Shown piece by piece: positions 38,197 through 48,696 of a stretch of 64,000 nt of DNA. A model generated the notes under the pieces. That model was not told where the DNA came from. It saw only the letters and a program-made list of their open reading frames with translations, and made no database searches. The position numbers and the translations under genes were made by a program. Numbering within the stretch: the first letter of the stretch is position 1; every line of letters starts with the position of its first letter. The stretch spans positions 8,526 through 72,525 of the forward strand of contig CANJNG010000002.1 of assembly GCA_947475205.1 (NCBI GenBank). The letters are read 5' to 3'. Source of the DNA: Bacteroidota bacterium. Its GTDB lineage: Bacteria > Bacteroidota > Bacteroidia > JAIBAJ01.

Positions 38197-38634
38197 TTAA
38201 TCGCAAGGATTACTATAAATAGGAGTCATCACTATACCCGATGTCTTCCCCTCATACACAGTTGTGTGGTTGTCTTCAGTCCAACAATAATTATCGCACT
38301 TTCGCAATATCTGGTGTGAAATAATAATTGTGTCTGATTCGAAAGCGGAGTAGCGAAGAATGATTTTGTAATTTTCAAGATCTTCTGAGCCTTTTAAACT
38401 AAATTCCCAGTTTGTATAACTTGCATTGTCGCTACTCTCGTTGCTAAATTTGCTAGACAATAATAACTCTTCTTGATTCGGTTCAAAAAAAAGTTTTGTG
38501 GAATCTCCAGCTAAATAAACTGAGTCTATGGCAATATTGGAATTTTTGGAAAGCCTAATTGTGTAGCATTTATTTGGAGGTCCTGGTTTTCCTAAACCTA
38601 CAGGACGGCATTTGCAACAACCCGATAGATACAC
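38197..38634 (-). CDS. Hypothetical protein (Cys-rich N-terminus; GTG start)
   Basis: 145 aa ORF with no recognisable motif. Confidence 0.25.
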   Translation of the reverse strand: MYLSGCCKCRPVGLGKPGPPNKCYTIRLSKNSNIAIDSVYLAGDSTKLFFEPNQEELLLSSKFSNESSDNASYTNWEFSLKGSEDLENYKIILRYSAFESDTIIISHQILRKCDNYCWTEDNHTTVYEGKTSGIVMTPIYSNPCD

Positions 38635-38699
38635 ACACCATAAGCATAAACAAATGACCGTAATCTTTATTCATTTATTATTGTAAATTGTCGAAAGTT

Positions 38700-39968
38700 C
38701 TAATGGTCATTCAACGGCAGTCCCCGCTTTTGAAATTCTGTCCAGTTGAGGTATTCATCGCCTTTGCGATGTTCTTCCATCGTTATGCAATCGTTTACGG
38801 GACAAACAATTTTGCAGAGGTTGCAGCCCACGCATTCTTCTTCCTTAATAGTATAGGTATTGTATGGATTTCCTTTTTCAATGGCGATGGATTGGTGCGA
38901 GGTATCTTCACAGGCAATGTAGCACAGTCCGCAATGGATACACTTATCCTGATTTATATTGGCTACAATGTGGAAGTTAATGTCGAGTTCTTCCCAGCGG
39001 GTAATCTTCGGAACAGATAATCCCACAAAATCATCAAGGGTTGCGTAGCCTTTATCATCCATCCAATTATTCATTCCGTCGCAGAGGTCGGTTATGATTT
39101 TGAAGCCGCTAATCATAGCCGCTGTGCAAACCTGAACATTACTTGCCCCTAAGAGCATAAACTCTACGGCATCTTTCCAGGTAGTGATGCCTCCAATACC
39201 CGAAATGGGTACTTTATTTGTGTAATCATCTTGGGCTAATGTGGTGAGAAATTTCAATGCAATGGGTTTCACGGCAGGGCCGCAATAACCGCCAAACACC
39301 GACTGTCCACCAACGTTTGGGTTGGGGACGAGTGTGTCTAAATCTATTCCTGTAACCGATTGAATGGTATTAATGAGCGAAAGTGCATTGGTGCCTGCTT
39401 CAATTACGGCTCGTCCGGCTGGCACAACTGAGTGAACATTGGGTGTGAGTTTAGTGATAACGGGAATCTGAGCTACTTCCATCACCCACTCCACGACCAT
39501 TTTAGCAATTTGCGGATCCTGACCAACCGATGCTCCCATTCCACGCTCTACCATTCCGTGCGGACAGCCGAAATTAAGTTCTATTCCATGTGCTCCGGTG
39601 TCTTGGGTACGTTTTACCATATCGTGCCAGCTTTTGCGGTCGTTATCGGCCATGAGCGACACTATCATTGCCCGGTCGGGAAATTCTTTCAGACATTCCA
39701 CTATCTCTTTCAGGTTGATTTCGAGTGGTCGGTCTGAAATAAGTTCAATGTTGTTGAAGCCCGCTGCTCTGCGTCCACCATAGCTCATAGCGGAGTATCG
39801 GGAGGAAACATTCTTTACCTGTGAACCGAGGGTTTTCCATACCACACCACCCCATCCGGCTTCGAAAGCCCGAAGTACGTTTATCTTTTTGTCGGTGGGA
39901 GGGGCCGAAGCCAACCAAAAAGGATTTGGCGATTTTATTCCAAGAAAGTTTGAATTTAAGTTAGCCAT
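38700..39968 (-). CDS. preA: NAD-dependent dihydropyrimidine dehydrogenase subunit PreA-like (DHOD-fold TIM barrel plus two 4Fe-4S ferredoxin motifs)
   Basis: C-terminal CIHCGLCYIACED and CVGCNLCKIVCPV ferredoxin motifs. N-terminal dihydroorotate/dihydropyrimidine dehydrogenase-like barrel. Confidence 0.7.
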   Translation of the reverse strand: MANLNSNFLGIKSPNPFWLASAPPTDKKINVLRAFEAGWGGVVWKTLGSQVKNVSSRYSAMSYGGRRAAGFNNIELISDRPLEINLKEIVECLKEFPDRAMIVSLMADNDRKSWHDMVKRTQDTGAHGIELNFGCPHGMVERGMGASVGQDPQIAKMVVEWVMEVAQIPVITKLTPNVHSVVPAGRAVIEAGTNALSLINTIQSVTGIDLDTLVPNPNVGGQSVFGGYCGPAVKPIALKFLTTLAQDDYTNKVPISGIGGITTWKDAVEFMLLGASNVQVCTAAMISGFKIITDLCDGMNNWMDDKGYATLDDFVGLSVPKITRWEELDINFHIVANINQDKCIHCGLCYIACEDTSHQSIAIEKGNPYNTYTIKEEECVGCNLCKIVCPVNDCITMEEHRKGDEYLNWTEFQKRGLPLNDH

Positions 39969-40081
39969 TGGTTCAGATTTAATCTTTTCGCACCAAAGAT
40001 ATATAAATTATGAGATGCACAAGTAGGGCTGAGTTTCACCCCGACTGCATTAATTACTAATTTTGTCCCCCAACAATAATT

Positions 40082-41446
40082 ATGAAAATTACAAACCCCG
40101 CTACAGAAGAAATCATCACCGAAATTAACGAAGACACCACTGCCTCCATCACCGAAAAGTACAACAAACTCAGAGCATTTCAACCCGCTTGGAATAAAGT
40201 TCCTTTAAAAACTCGAATTGCAGCTATTCAAAAATTCCACGATTTGCTCGAAGAAGAAAAAGGAAAATTAGCCGCCGATCTCACCGCCGAAGTTGGCAAA
40301 CCCCTTTGGCAAGCCATAAATGAAGTGAACGGAGCAAAAGCCCGTATTAAGTTTTTTATTGAGAATTCTGAAAAGTATCTTGCTGATGAATGGATTACCC
40401 CCGAAGGGGCTACCCGTGAGAAAATTGCCTACGAACCACTTGGAGTAATCGGGAATATTTCTGCTTGGAATTATCCTTATCTGGTTGGTGTAAACGTATT
40501 CATTCCTGCATTAATTGCCGGAAACACTGTACTTTACAAACCTTCAGAATTTTCAACTCTCACCGGATTAAATATTGAACAGCTGCTTAAAAAAGCCGGA
40601 ATTCCAGACGGTGCTTTCCAAATAGCCATCGGCAGCAGCGAAGCCGGTGAAGCTATGCTGGCTTTGCAGCTTAATGGGTATTACTTCACTGGAAGCTACC
40701 GCACCGGAAAATATATTTATGAGAAAGTTGCTTCCAAAATGGTTCCTTGCCAACTGGAACTTGGTGGTAAAGACCCGCTTTATGTGGCTGATGACATTAG
40801 AGACTTGTCTAAAACCGTTGAAGGTGTGCTTGAAGGTGTTGTGTATAATACCGGACAAAGCTGCTGTGCTGTCGAGCGTGTTTATGTTCATCAAAAAATA
40901 TACGATTCATTTGTAGCTGAATTTACCCAGCAAGCCAAGAATCTGAAAATAGGTTTACCCACCGAAGATAAAATAGACATCGGCCCGCTTACCCGTAAAG
41001 ATCAAGTTGATTTTATTGAATCACAGGTAAAAGATGCCATTTCAAAAGGTGCAACGCTTCAAACAGGCGGTAAACGCCCTGCTACAAAAGGCTATTACTT
41101 TGAGCCAACAGTGCTTTCCGATGTAAATCACTCCATGAGTGTTATGACGGAGGAAAGCTTTGGCCCCATAATCGGTATTCAGAAAGTAAGCGACGACAAC
41201 GAAGCCGTAAACTTGATGCAAGACACCGAATATGGGCTAACAGCTGCCGTTTACACCCCTAATCAAGAACGAGCCGAGAAGATTATGGAGCAAATAAATA
41301 GTGGTACAGTTTATTGGAATTGTTGCGACCGTGTGAGTGCACCATTGCCCTGGAGTGGCCGAAAACATTCAGGAATTGGAGCAACATTATCATACATTGG
41401 GATTAGGGCATTTACCCATCCCAAAGCTTACCATTTGAGAGGGTAA
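40082..41446 (+). CDS. NAD(P)-dependent aldehyde dehydrogenase family protein
   Basis: ELGGKDP (catalytic Glu region), GQSCCAVERVYV (catalytic Cys) and EESFGPI motifs. Confidence 0.85.
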   Translation: MKITNPATEEIITEINEDTTASITEKYNKLRAFQPAWNKVPLKTRIAAIQKFHDLLEEEKGKLAADLTAEVGKPLWQAINEVNGAKARIKFFIENSEKYLADEWITPEGATREKIAYEPLGVIGNISAWNYPYLVGVNVFIPALIAGNTVLYKPSEFSTLTGLNIEQLLKKAGIPDGAFQIAIGSSEAGEAMLALQLNGYYFTGSYRTGKYIYEKVASKMVPCQLELGGKDPLYVADDIRDLSKTVEGVLEGVVYNTGQSCCAVERVYVHQKIYDSFVAEFTQQAKNLKIGLPTEDKIDIGPLTRKDQVDFIESQVKDAISKGATLQTGGKRPATKGYYFEPTVLSDVNHSMSVMTEESFGPIIGIQKVSDDNEAVNLMQDTEYGLTAAVYTPNQERAEKIMEQINSGTVYWNCCDRVSAPLPWSGRKHSGIGATLSYIGIRAFTHPKAYHLRG

Positions 41447-41467
41447 AAAAAATATTTTTGATTTCTG

Positions 41468-41496
41468 TTTGCCGAATAACTTTTCATATATTTTTG
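41468..41496 (+). promoter_or_regulatory. Candidate Bacteroidetes sigmaA promoter for tRNA-Asn (-33 TTTG, -7 TATTTTTG)
   Basis: TTTG at 41468-41471 and TAnnTTTG match at 41489-41496, 17 nt apart, about 40 nt upstream of the tRNA 5' end. Confidence 0.45.
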
Positions 41497-41535
41497 CACC
41501 CCGTTTCAAAAGAACAGGAAATAAAAAAAGAAAAC

Positions 41536-41609
41536 GTCTCCTTAGCTCAGCTGGTTAGAGCATCTGACTGTTAATCAGAGGGTCAATGGTTCAAGTCCAT
41601 TAGGGGACG
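41536..41609 (+). tRNA. tRNA-Asn (anticodon GUU)
   Basis: Cloverleaf readable by eye. Acceptor gtctcct/aggggac, D-arm gctc-agctggttagagc, anticodon stem tctga/tcaga with loop CTGTTAA, and T-arm aatgg-ttcaagt-ccatt. CCA is not encoded. Confidence 0.9.
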
Positions 41610-41619
41610 CTTAGAGAGA

Positions 41620-41656
41620 GAAGCCCTTCAAGAAATTGGAGGGCTTTTTTATTTTC
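41620..41656 (+). terminator. Rho-independent terminator after tRNA-Asn
   Basis: aagccct...agggctt stem followed by ttttttatttt. Confidence 0.7.
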
Positions 41657-41719
41657 CATTTGCATACAATTTCGACACAAACTGTATTCATTTAAAGCTT
41701 CGTAATAAATTACCAAAGC

Positions 41720-43324
41720 CTACTTAACCTTTAACAATTTATTGTCATCGTATTTAATAATCGAAGTGGCTTTATTTTCATAACCCTTTTCAGCATTCTC
41801 CCTGAAAAACTCAAAACCCGTAGATAAACCTTGGCCTTTGGTTTGCCAAAGCGTTGTGTGGAAGTTAAGCCCACGGTTATTGAGTAAATTAAGATAATAA
41901 TAGCAGATGTCGTAACCCAGAAAAGCCATTTGTCCGGGTTCGGCTTGATACTTTTCCCGGAATTTGCGGATGAAGTTCTTTACGTCTATATTATCGTAAT
42001 CCACATAAAAGTTTGCGGGAAGATGCAGATGTAATTTACTGAACACATCCGCTTCAATGTTCTCGAAATTCTTCCATATAGCCTGGCCAAAAACTGTGAT
42101 TTTGTAATCATCCCGTTTATTATCCAACTTTGGAAGCAATTGACTTACAAAAACCTGTTCAGAAGAAAACACTACAACGATATTTTCTTTCGCAATCTGC
42201 AATTCGCTTTGTACTCCGGTAAACGAAGCTGTTTTGTAATTTACTTCTTTAACCAAAACTGCTTTTTCGGGCAAGATAGTTTTATATTTGTTTTTAAAGG
42301 CATTCACCAAATTAAGTTCGTTGGTTTGTCCGTTATGAATAAGAATAACGTTTGCCTCTTTCAGCGAAGTGGCAATATATTCAGCCATAGTTTCGCACTG
42401 ACTGGCATTGTTGGGAATCACTTTACTAACAGTGGGGTTGCCCAATAGTATTTTGCTATTTTGAATCATTGGCGACACCACAGGAATTTTATTTTCTCTG
42501 GCAAATCGTGCCACTGGTTCAAAAGTAGAGTTGTAGAACGGGCCGATAATCAATTGCGAATTCTTCACATTGGGTTTTGTGAGAATGCTTTTTGCAACCG
42601 AAGTGTCGCTCACTACATCATACACCGATACATTATAATTGATGCCCAACTGTTTCAAACTATCAATTGCCATCAAAGTTCCTTCATAAAATTCAATGGC
42701 ATTGCGGGAATTATCGGCTACTTTGGTTTCGGTGGAATCGTTAAACGTGTTTTCATTTAGATAAAATGGCAACAGCAGCGTTACAAAATTTACGGAAGAT
42801 TTGTTAGTTTCATCAACACCATTGCTTGTTTGGTTTGATTCCGGTTGCTTTACCCCCTTTACTTTTAGCTGCTGTCCGATACGTATCGCCACTCCGGCAG
42901 CCACTTCCGGGTTTAGCTCTTTTAGTTCCTCTAAAGATATATTGTACAGCTTGGCAATTCCATACAGAGTTTCGGAAGGCAGAACAGTGTGGAAATTAGC
43001 ATTAGATGAAGTGGAAGCAGGTTGTGTTGCAGCAGGAGTTGGTGAAGCTGGCGTTTGCGAAGTTTCTGGGATTTTAAGTTCCTGACCGGGCTTTATGCCT
43101 TGCAATACATCGGGATTTTCAAAGGTAATTTCGCTGATAGTAACTCCATAAACTTTGGCTATACTATAGAGCGTTTGCTTCACCGCAACGGTATGAATCA
43201 GGTATTTCTTCCCACTAATGGTTTTGGAAATGTTTGATTTCGTTACCTCACCTTCTTGGGCAACCCCTTGATGGCTAAGACCAATCAACACAAACAGCAA
43301 GCATCTAAATAGGGATTTCTTCAT
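41720..43324 (-). CDS. LysM-repeat protein fused to a periplasmic-binding-protein (type 1, Leu/Ile/Val-binding-like) domain, secreted
   Basis: Signal peptide. Two LysM motifs (YLIHTVAVKQTLYSIAKVYGV..., FHTVLPSETLYGIAKLYNISLEEL...) with a Pro/Thr/Ser linker. C-terminal PBP-like domain. Confidence 0.6.
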   Translation of the reverse strand: MKKSLFRCLLFVLIGLSHQGVAQEGEVTKSNISKTISGKKYLIHTVAVKQTLYSIAKVYGVTISEITFENPDVLQGIKPGQELKIPETSQTPASPTPAATQPASTSSNANFHTVLPSETLYGIAKLYNISLEELKELNPEVAAGVAIRIGQQLKVKGVKQPESNQTSNGVDETNKSSVNFVTLLLPFYLNENTFNDSTETKVADNSRNAIEFYEGTLMAIDSLKQLGINYNVSVYDVVSDTSVAKSILTKPNVKNSQLIIGPFYNSTFEPVARFARENKIPVVSPMIQNSKILLGNPTVSKVIPNNASQCETMAEYIATSLKEANVILIHNGQTNELNLVNAFKNKYKTILPEKAVLVKEVNYKTASFTGVQSELQIAKENIVVVFSSEQVFVSQLLPKLDNKRDDYKITVFGQAIWKNFENIEADVFSKLHLHLPANFYVDYDNIDVKNFIRKFREKYQAEPGQMAFLGYDICYYYLNLLNNRGLNFHTTLWQTKGQGLSTGFEFFRENAEKGYENKATSIIKYDDNKLLKVK

Positions 43325-43580
43325 AGACTAAGTCCACAAAAGTAGGATTTTTAGTTGCTGAAAGGAATAGATAAAGAGGTTAATTCGCCATCCTAACCAA
43401 ATGTCTTAAATTGAAAAATCAATAAACGCTGTTGCTTCGATAAAATTCCGCATAATTTATCATTGTATATTCCACATTGTTGTTTGCGATTTTTAATAAC
43501 TCAAATCTATGCCTTTATTCGTACTGAAAACCAACACCTTACTAATAATTTTTATTTTACATAAATAAATGCAGAATGTA

Positions 43581-43611
43581 TTTGGAGGAATCAAAAACCT
43601 GTATATCTTTG
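43581..43611 (+). promoter_or_regulatory. Candidate sigmaA promoter of the rplM-rpsI operon (-33 TTTG, -7 TATCTTTG)
   Basis: TTTG at 43581-43584 and TAnnTTTG match at 43604-43611, 19 nt apart, about 40 nt upstream of rplM. Confidence 0.45.
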
Positions 43612-43648
43612 CAGCCCTTTTTGAAAAGAGTAAAAAATCATATTTAAA

Positions 43649-44104
43649 GTGGATTCATTAAGCTACAAAACCATCTCTGCCAATAACGAAACAGCCACAA
43701 AAGGCTGGATTCTTATTGATGCTGAAGCTCAGGTATTAGGTCGTTTGGCCTCAATAGCTGCTAAATTTGCCCGTGGCAAATACAAAACCAACTACACTCC
43801 CCACGTTGATTGTGGCGACAATGTAATTATCATCAATGCCGAAAAGATAAAACTTACCGGTACTAAAATGGATGACAAATATTACATTCGTTACACTGGT
43901 CATCCTGGAGGACAACGGTTTACTTCTCCTCGTAAATTATTGGAGAAACAACCTGAGCGTATCATTGAATACGCTATCCACGGTATGTTGCCAAAAACTA
44001 AATTGGGTCGCGAAATCAACCGCAACGTATATATATACGCCGGAAGCGAGCACCCCCACGCTGCACAACAGCCTAAAACTATCAACTTAAACGAAGTTAA
44101 ATAA
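43649..44104 (+). CDS. rplM: 50S ribosomal protein L13
   Basis: Typical L13 sequence ([16 protein letters not shown]...YTGHPGG). Confidence 0.9.
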   Translation: MDSLSYKTISANNETATKGWILIDAEAQVLGRLASIAAKFARGKYKTNYTPHVDCGDNVIIINAEKIKLTGTKMDDKYYIRYTGHPGGQRFTSPRKLLEKQPERIIEYAIHGMLPKTKLGREINRNVYIYAGSEHPHAAQQPKTINLNEVK

Positions 44105-44106
44105 AG

Positions 44107-44493
44107 ATGGAAGTTATCAACGCTCTCGGAAGAAGGAAAACAGCCGTTGCCCGTGTATATTTGAAAGCCGGCACCGGAAATATAATCATCAACAACCGCG
44201 ACCACCGCGAATATTTGTCTACAGACATTTTGCGTGGAAAGGTAAACCAACCCTTTGTGCTAACCAATACTCTTGGTCAGTTTGATGTGAAGGTAAATGT
44301 AGATGGCGGCGGAATTACTGGTCAGGCAGAAGCTATTCGTTTAGGAATATCTCGTGCTTTGGTTGAAGTTAGTGCCGATAACAAACCTATACTTAAACCA
44401 CATGGTTTACTTACCCGTGACCCAAGAATGGTTGAGCGTAAAAAGCCAGGACAGAAGAAAGCTCGTAAACGCTTCCAATTCAGCAAACGTTAA
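44107..44493 (+). CDS. rpsI: 30S ribosomal protein S9
   Basis: C-terminal [17 protein letters not shown] signature. Confidence 0.9.
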   Translation: MEVINALGRRKTAVARVYLKAGTGNIIINNRDHREYLSTDILRGKVNQPFVLTNTLGQFDVKVNVDGGGITGQAEAIRLGISRALVEVSADNKPILKPHGLLTRDPRMVERKKPGQKKARKRFQFSKR

Positions 44494-44520
44494 TCTATTA
44501 TCTATACTCATACAGAGAAT

Positions 44521-45357
44521 ATGTCAAAAGTTACAACAGAACAATTACTTGAAGCAGGTGTACATTTCGGTCACTTGAAACGCAAATGGAATCCGGCTAT
44601 GGCTCCCTATATTTATATGGAGAAAAACGGAATTCATATCATCGACCTTAACAAAACTGCTGCTAAATTGGACGAAGCAGGGCAAGCACTTAAACAAGTA
44701 GTAAAATCAGGCCGTAAAGTATTGTTTGTTTCCACCAAGAAACAAGCTAAGGAAATTGTTGCTAATGCTGCAAAGCAATTAGGTATGCCTTATGTTACTG
44801 AACGTTGGCCCGGCGGAATGCTGACAAATTTTGCGACTATCCGTAAGGCTGTTCGTAAAATGAGTCAAATTGATAAAATGGCTACAGACGGTACATTTGA
44901 CAATATCTCTAAAAAAGAGAAATTGACAATTAGCCGTGAGCGTGAAAAATTAGAGAAAAACTTAGGTTCTATTTCTGACCTTTCTCGTTTGCCAGCTGCT
45001 TTGTTTATTGTTGACATTTCTAAAGAACACATCGCAGTAGCAGAAGCAAAACGTTTAGGTATTCCAACTTATGGTATTGTTGATACAAACTCAAATCCTA
45101 ACTTGGTTGATTATGCAATCCCCGGAAACGATGATGCCGCTAAATCTGTTCAAGTAATTTTAAACACCCTTGTTTTGTATATCGAAGAAGGTTTGGCAGA
45201 ACGTAAGTTCGACAAAGACAAAACCGATAACGAAGAAGACGGAGTTATTGACACAGAAGGAACATTTGCTGGCACTGAATCGGAAGAAGACGGAGAAAAA
45301 AGACGTTCAGGTGGCGGCGGTGGTCGTACCCGCAGCAGACGAGGAGCAACAGCTTAA
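44521..45357 (+). CDS. rpsB: 30S ribosomal protein S2
   Basis: LLEAGVHFGHLKRKWNPAMAPYIY N-terminal S2 signature. Confidence 0.9.
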   Translation: MSKVTTEQLLEAGVHFGHLKRKWNPAMAPYIYMEKNGIHIIDLNKTAAKLDEAGQALKQVVKSGRKVLFVSTKKQAKEIVANAAKQLGMPYVTERWPGGMLTNFATIRKAVRKMSQIDKMATDGTFDNISKKEKLTISREREKLEKNLGSISDLSRLPAALFIVDISKEHIAVAEAKRLGIPTYGIVDTNSNPNLVDYAIPGNDDAAKSVQVILNTLVLYIEEGLAERKFDKDKTDNEEDGVIDTEGTFAGTESEEDGEKRRSGGGGGRTRSRRGATA

Positions 45358-45376
45358 TTTTTGAATAATTAATTTC

Positions 45377-45417
45377 AAAACCACGTTTGCAAAGAAATTT
45401 ACGAACGTGGTTTTTTT
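45377..45417 (+). terminator. Rho-independent terminator after rpsB
   Basis: aaaaccacgtt...aacgtggttttttt hairpin plus T-run. Confidence 0.75.
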
Positions 45418-45458
45418 GCGAAAAAACAATTACAAACTAAAAAATAAATACAACAAAA

Positions 45459-46286
45459 ATGATAACAGCAGCAGATGTAAATAAACTCCGCCAAATGACC
45501 GGAGCCGGTATGATGGACTGTAAAAAAGCCTTAACTGAAAGCAATGGCGATTTTGAAGCAGCAGTGGACAACCTTCGTAAGAAAGGCCAAAAAGTAGCCA
45601 GCAACCGTGCCGACCGTGATGCTAAAGAAGGGGTAGTATTAGCAAAAGTTACAGCAGACGGCAAACGTGGCTCTATTGTTTGCTTGAATTGCGAAACCGA
45701 TTTCGTAGCTCAAAACGCAGATTTCGTAAAATTAACTACTTCTATTTTAGATTTAGCTATTGAAAATAACCCAACCAGCATTGAGGCTCTTCTTGGCCTG
45801 AAATTAGGAAATATTACTGTGGCTGAAGTAATTACTGAAAACGTAGGAAAGATTGGCGAAAAATTGGAATTGAGTAAATTTGAGACCGTTAATGCCGAAG
45901 CAGTAGTAGCCTATATTCACCCTGGTAACCGTTTAGCTACTTTGGTTGGGATTAACAAGCCAGCTACAGATACACTGCATTCAGCTGCTCGTGACGTAGC
46001 TATGCAAGTTGCAGCTATGGCTCCTGTTGCTTTGGATAAAGACAGCGTTGATACTGAAACGTTGAATCGTGAATTGGAGATTGCCAAAGAACAAATTCGT
46101 GCAGAAGGTAAAGCCGAAGAAATGGTTGAAAAAATTGCTTTAGGTAAATTGAACAAGTTTTTCAAAGAAAGCACATTGTTGAGTCAGGATTTTATTAAAG
46201 ATTCAAAGCTTACAGTTGCTCAGTATCTTGACAAAACCGAAAAGGGACTTACCGTTACTGCTTTCCGCAGGGTGGCATTAGGGTAA
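45459..46286 (+). CDS. tsf: Elongation factor Ts
   Basis: ITAADVNKLRQMTGAGMMDCKKAL (UBA-like N-terminus of EF-Ts). Confidence 0.9.
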   Translation: MITAADVNKLRQMTGAGMMDCKKALTESNGDFEAAVDNLRKKGQKVASNRADRDAKEGVVLAKVTADGKRGSIVCLNCETDFVAQNADFVKLTTSILDLAIENNPTSIEALLGLKLGNITVAEVITENVGKIGEKLELSKFETVNAEAVVAYIHPGNRLATLVGINKPATDTLHSAARDVAMQVAAMAPVALDKDSVDTETLNRELEIAKEQIRAEGKAEEMVEKIALGKLNKFFKESTLLSQDFIKDSKLTVAQYLDKTEKGLTVTAFRRVALG

Positions 46287-46303
46287 TTAATTTTATATTT
46301 TAA

Positions 46304-46328
46304 GGGAACTTCGGTTCCTTTTTTTTTT
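46304..46328 (+). terminator. Rho-independent terminator after tsf
   Basis: gggaac-ttcg-gttcc hairpin followed by a 10-T run. Confidence 0.75.
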
Positions 46329-46356
46329 GCTAATACATTTGAGAATAAATAACACT

Positions 46357-47064
46357 ATGGCATACAAACGCATACTTTTAAAACTCAGCGGGGAATCGCT
46401 AATGGGGAAAAAACAATTTGGAATAGATAACGAACGCCTTGGACTATACGCCGATGAAATAAAAGAAATAGTTGAACAAGGCGTACAATTAGCTATTGTT
46501 ATCGGAGGTGGAAACATTTTTAGGGGCATTCAAGCCGAAGAAGGTGGAATAGACCGTGTGCAAGGTGATTATATGGGCATGCTTGCTACCGTTATTAACA
46601 GTATGGCTCTTCAAGCGGCCTTAGAGGCTCGTGGAGTAATTACCCGTTTGCAATCTGCCATAAAAATGGAACAAATTTGCGAACCTTATATTCGTAGGAA
46701 GGCTGTTCGACACTTGGAGAAAAATCGGGTGGTGATATTCGGAGCGGGTACCGGAAATCCGTATTTTACTACCGATACTGCTTCGGTGTTGCGAGCTATT
46801 GAAATGGAAGTGGAAGTGGTGCTTAAAGGTACTCGTGTAGACGGTATTTATACTGCCGACCCCGAGAAGGACAAATCGGCTACTAAATATGAATCTATCA
46901 GCTTTACGCAAGCCTACGAAAAGAATTTGAATGTAATGGATATGACTGCATTTACACTTTGCAACGAAAATAACTTGCCTATAGTAGTTTTCAATATGGA
47001 TAAACCCGGCAATTTAAAACGGGTGATTTCAGGCGAGAAGATTGGAACACTAGTGCATAGTTAA
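46357..47064 (+). CDS. pyrH: UMP kinase
   Basis: [17 protein letters not shown]...[10 protein letters not shown] signature. The start is taken at ATG 46357 rather than the longer track ORF. Confidence 0.9.
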   Translation: MAYKRILLKLSGESLMGKKQFGIDNERLGLYADEIKEIVEQGVQLAIVIGGGNIFRGIQAEEGGIDRVQGDYMGMLATVINSMALQAALEARGVITRLQSAIKMEQICEPYIRRKAVRHLEKNRVVIFGAGTGNPYFTTDTASVLRAIEMEVEVVLKGTRVDGIYTADPEKDKSATKYESISFTQAYEKNLNVMDMTAFTLCNENNLPIVVFNMDKPGNLKRVISGEKIGTLVHS

Positions 47065-47079
47065 ACCTATTTCTGCGTT

Positions 47080-47955
47080 TTGTCTGCTGTGTGGCCATCG
47101 ACAAATAATTTATTGTCGGTAAAGGATTGGTTTTTAAAGGAAACAAGTGCTGTGCTTGACCAAGGCGAAGCATTGGCTATCTTTAATCTCACATTGGAAT
47201 CATATTTTCAAATTAAATCCTATCAGCAACGTATTGAACAAGAACGCTTATTTTCAGAATCGGAAATTCTAACGATTGAGAATGTAATTGTTCAACTCAA
47301 GCAACATCGGCCTATTCAGTATATACTCGGTGAATCTGAATTTTGCGGTTTACGTGTTATAGTCAATGAAAATGTGCTAATTCCTCGCCCAGAAACAGAG
47401 GAGTTGGTGCAAAAAATCAAAAAATCATATCCAAAAGGGAAACACCCCAAAACAATACTTGACATTTGCACAGGAAGTGGTTGTATTGCCTTAGCATTAA
47501 AAAATTATTTTCCTGAAGCCGAAGTTGTTGGTATAGATATTTCAGAAACTGCAATACGATTGGCAAAGCAGAATGCAATAGACAATAAATTGGAGGTTGA
47601 TTTTTTTGTGGAAGACGCTTTAAACCTTAGTCCAGTAATACAGTCATGGAAGTTCGATTTGATAGTTTCAAACCCTCCCTATATTTCTGAATCGGAAAAA
47701 GCCACAATGAATCTAAATGTTTTAAATCACGAACCTCATTTGGCATTATTTGTTCCCGATGATTCTCCCTTGCTTTTTTATGAGGCAATTGACCGAATTG
47801 CAAAACAGATTTTGAATCCAAAAGGGAAAATATTTATGGAAATTAATTCCCGGTTTGGCGATGAAACAGTCAATGCAATGAAGAGCATTCTCTTTAAAGC
47901 AATCAAATTGCGTTCAGATTTGTCGGGGAACGTTCGTTTTTTAATTGCGGAATGA
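47080..47955 (+). CDS. prmC: Peptide chain release factor N5-glutamine methyltransferase
   Basis: PLQYILG-type block (PIQYILGESEFCG), VLIPRPETE, DICTGSGCIAL (SAM motif) and IVSNPPYI (NPPY). Confidence 0.75.
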   Translation: MSAVWPSTNNLLSVKDWFLKETSAVLDQGEALAIFNLTLESYFQIKSYQQRIEQERLFSESEILTIENVIVQLKQHRPIQYILGESEFCGLRVIVNENVLIPRPETEELVQKIKKSYPKGKHPKTILDICTGSGCIALALKNYFPEAEVVGIDISETAIRLAKQNAIDNKLEVDFFVEDALNLSPVIQSWKFDLIVSNPPYISESEKATMNLNVLNHEPHLALFVPDDSPLLFYEAIDRIAKQILNPKGKIFMEINSRFGDETVNAMKSILFKAIKLRSDLSGNVRFLIAE

Positions 47956-48683
47956 AAAAAATGAAACTGCTGTGTGGACTTTTGCTGGTAATTATATTTC
48001 CGCAATTTTCGTTTTCCCAATCAAATCTTAGCGACACAGTTCTGCTGTCAAAGCAACCCAAGGCTATTTCATACAAAGCTTCGAAATTTGATTTAGTAGG
48101 CGGCTTTGACGATCGGAGTTTATTTGCGGTTAAGCCCAGCACCAAAATTGATGGAATCCGGTTGGGAGTAGAGCTATTTCAGAAGTTCAGATTTGGCTAC
48201 GGCTACTATTATTTGGGCAAAGAAAGAACTTTGGATTCATACATTTTCGGGAAGGACACCTTGCGGCAAAAGCTGAAACTTCAATACACAGGGCCATTTT
48301 TTGAGTATGTATTTTTTGAAGATTTCAGATGGGAATTTAGTGTTCCTGTGAGTGTCGGATTTGGCAAAGGGCGGGTGTTCTCTTCCCCGCAAAAGGCGGT
48401 AGAAAATTCAAGTCAACGGCAAACGGGTAATTTAGTGGTAACGTCTATTGGGTTAAACGGTCATTATCGCATATTTCATTGGTTGGGAATTGGGGCTGGA
48501 ATTGGTTATAACCATTCTTTCAGCCACGAACCTGCGTTGAACAAAGTGCTTAACTCTCCATTTTATGCTATTCGGGTAAAAGTCTTTTTTGGCGGGCTTT
48601 ACCGCTGTGTATTCAAACCACAAGTTGTGAAAGCAATGAAGGATGTATATCGCAGGGAAAGACAATTGAGAAGGAATAAATAA
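47952..48683 (+). CDS. Hypothetical outer-membrane beta-barrel-type protein
   Basis: Signal peptide (LLVIIFPQFSFSQ), alternating amphipathic beta-strand pattern and a C-terminal aromatic residue pattern. Start overlaps prmC stop (ATGA). Confidence 0.35.
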   Translation: MKKMKLLCGLLLVIIFPQFSFSQSNLSDTVLLSKQPKAISYKASKFDLVGGFDDRSLFAVKPSTKIDGIRLGVELFQKFRFGYGYYYLGKERTLDSYIFGKDTLRQKLKLQYTGPFFEYVFFEDFRWEFSVPVSVGFGKGRVFSSPQKAVENSSQRQTGNLVVTSIGLNGHYRIFHWLGIGAGIGYNHSFSHEPALNKVLNSPFYAIRVKVFFGGLYRCVFKPQVVKAMKDVYRRERQLRRNK

Positions 48684-48696
48684 ATCCCTAAAGTCC

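Noticed and set aside
38700-39968. preA-like gene lacking an adjacent preT partner
   Set aside because: Could indicate a different electron-donor partner, but single-gene DHOD-like or ferredoxin-fused proteins are common. There is not enough sequence evidence to call this novel.
41536-43324. tRNA-Asn as possible integration site for a genomic island
   Set aside because: No integrase, recombinase or direct repeat of the tRNA 3' end was found downstream. The next genes are a LysM/PBP protein and the core ribosomal-protein operon.
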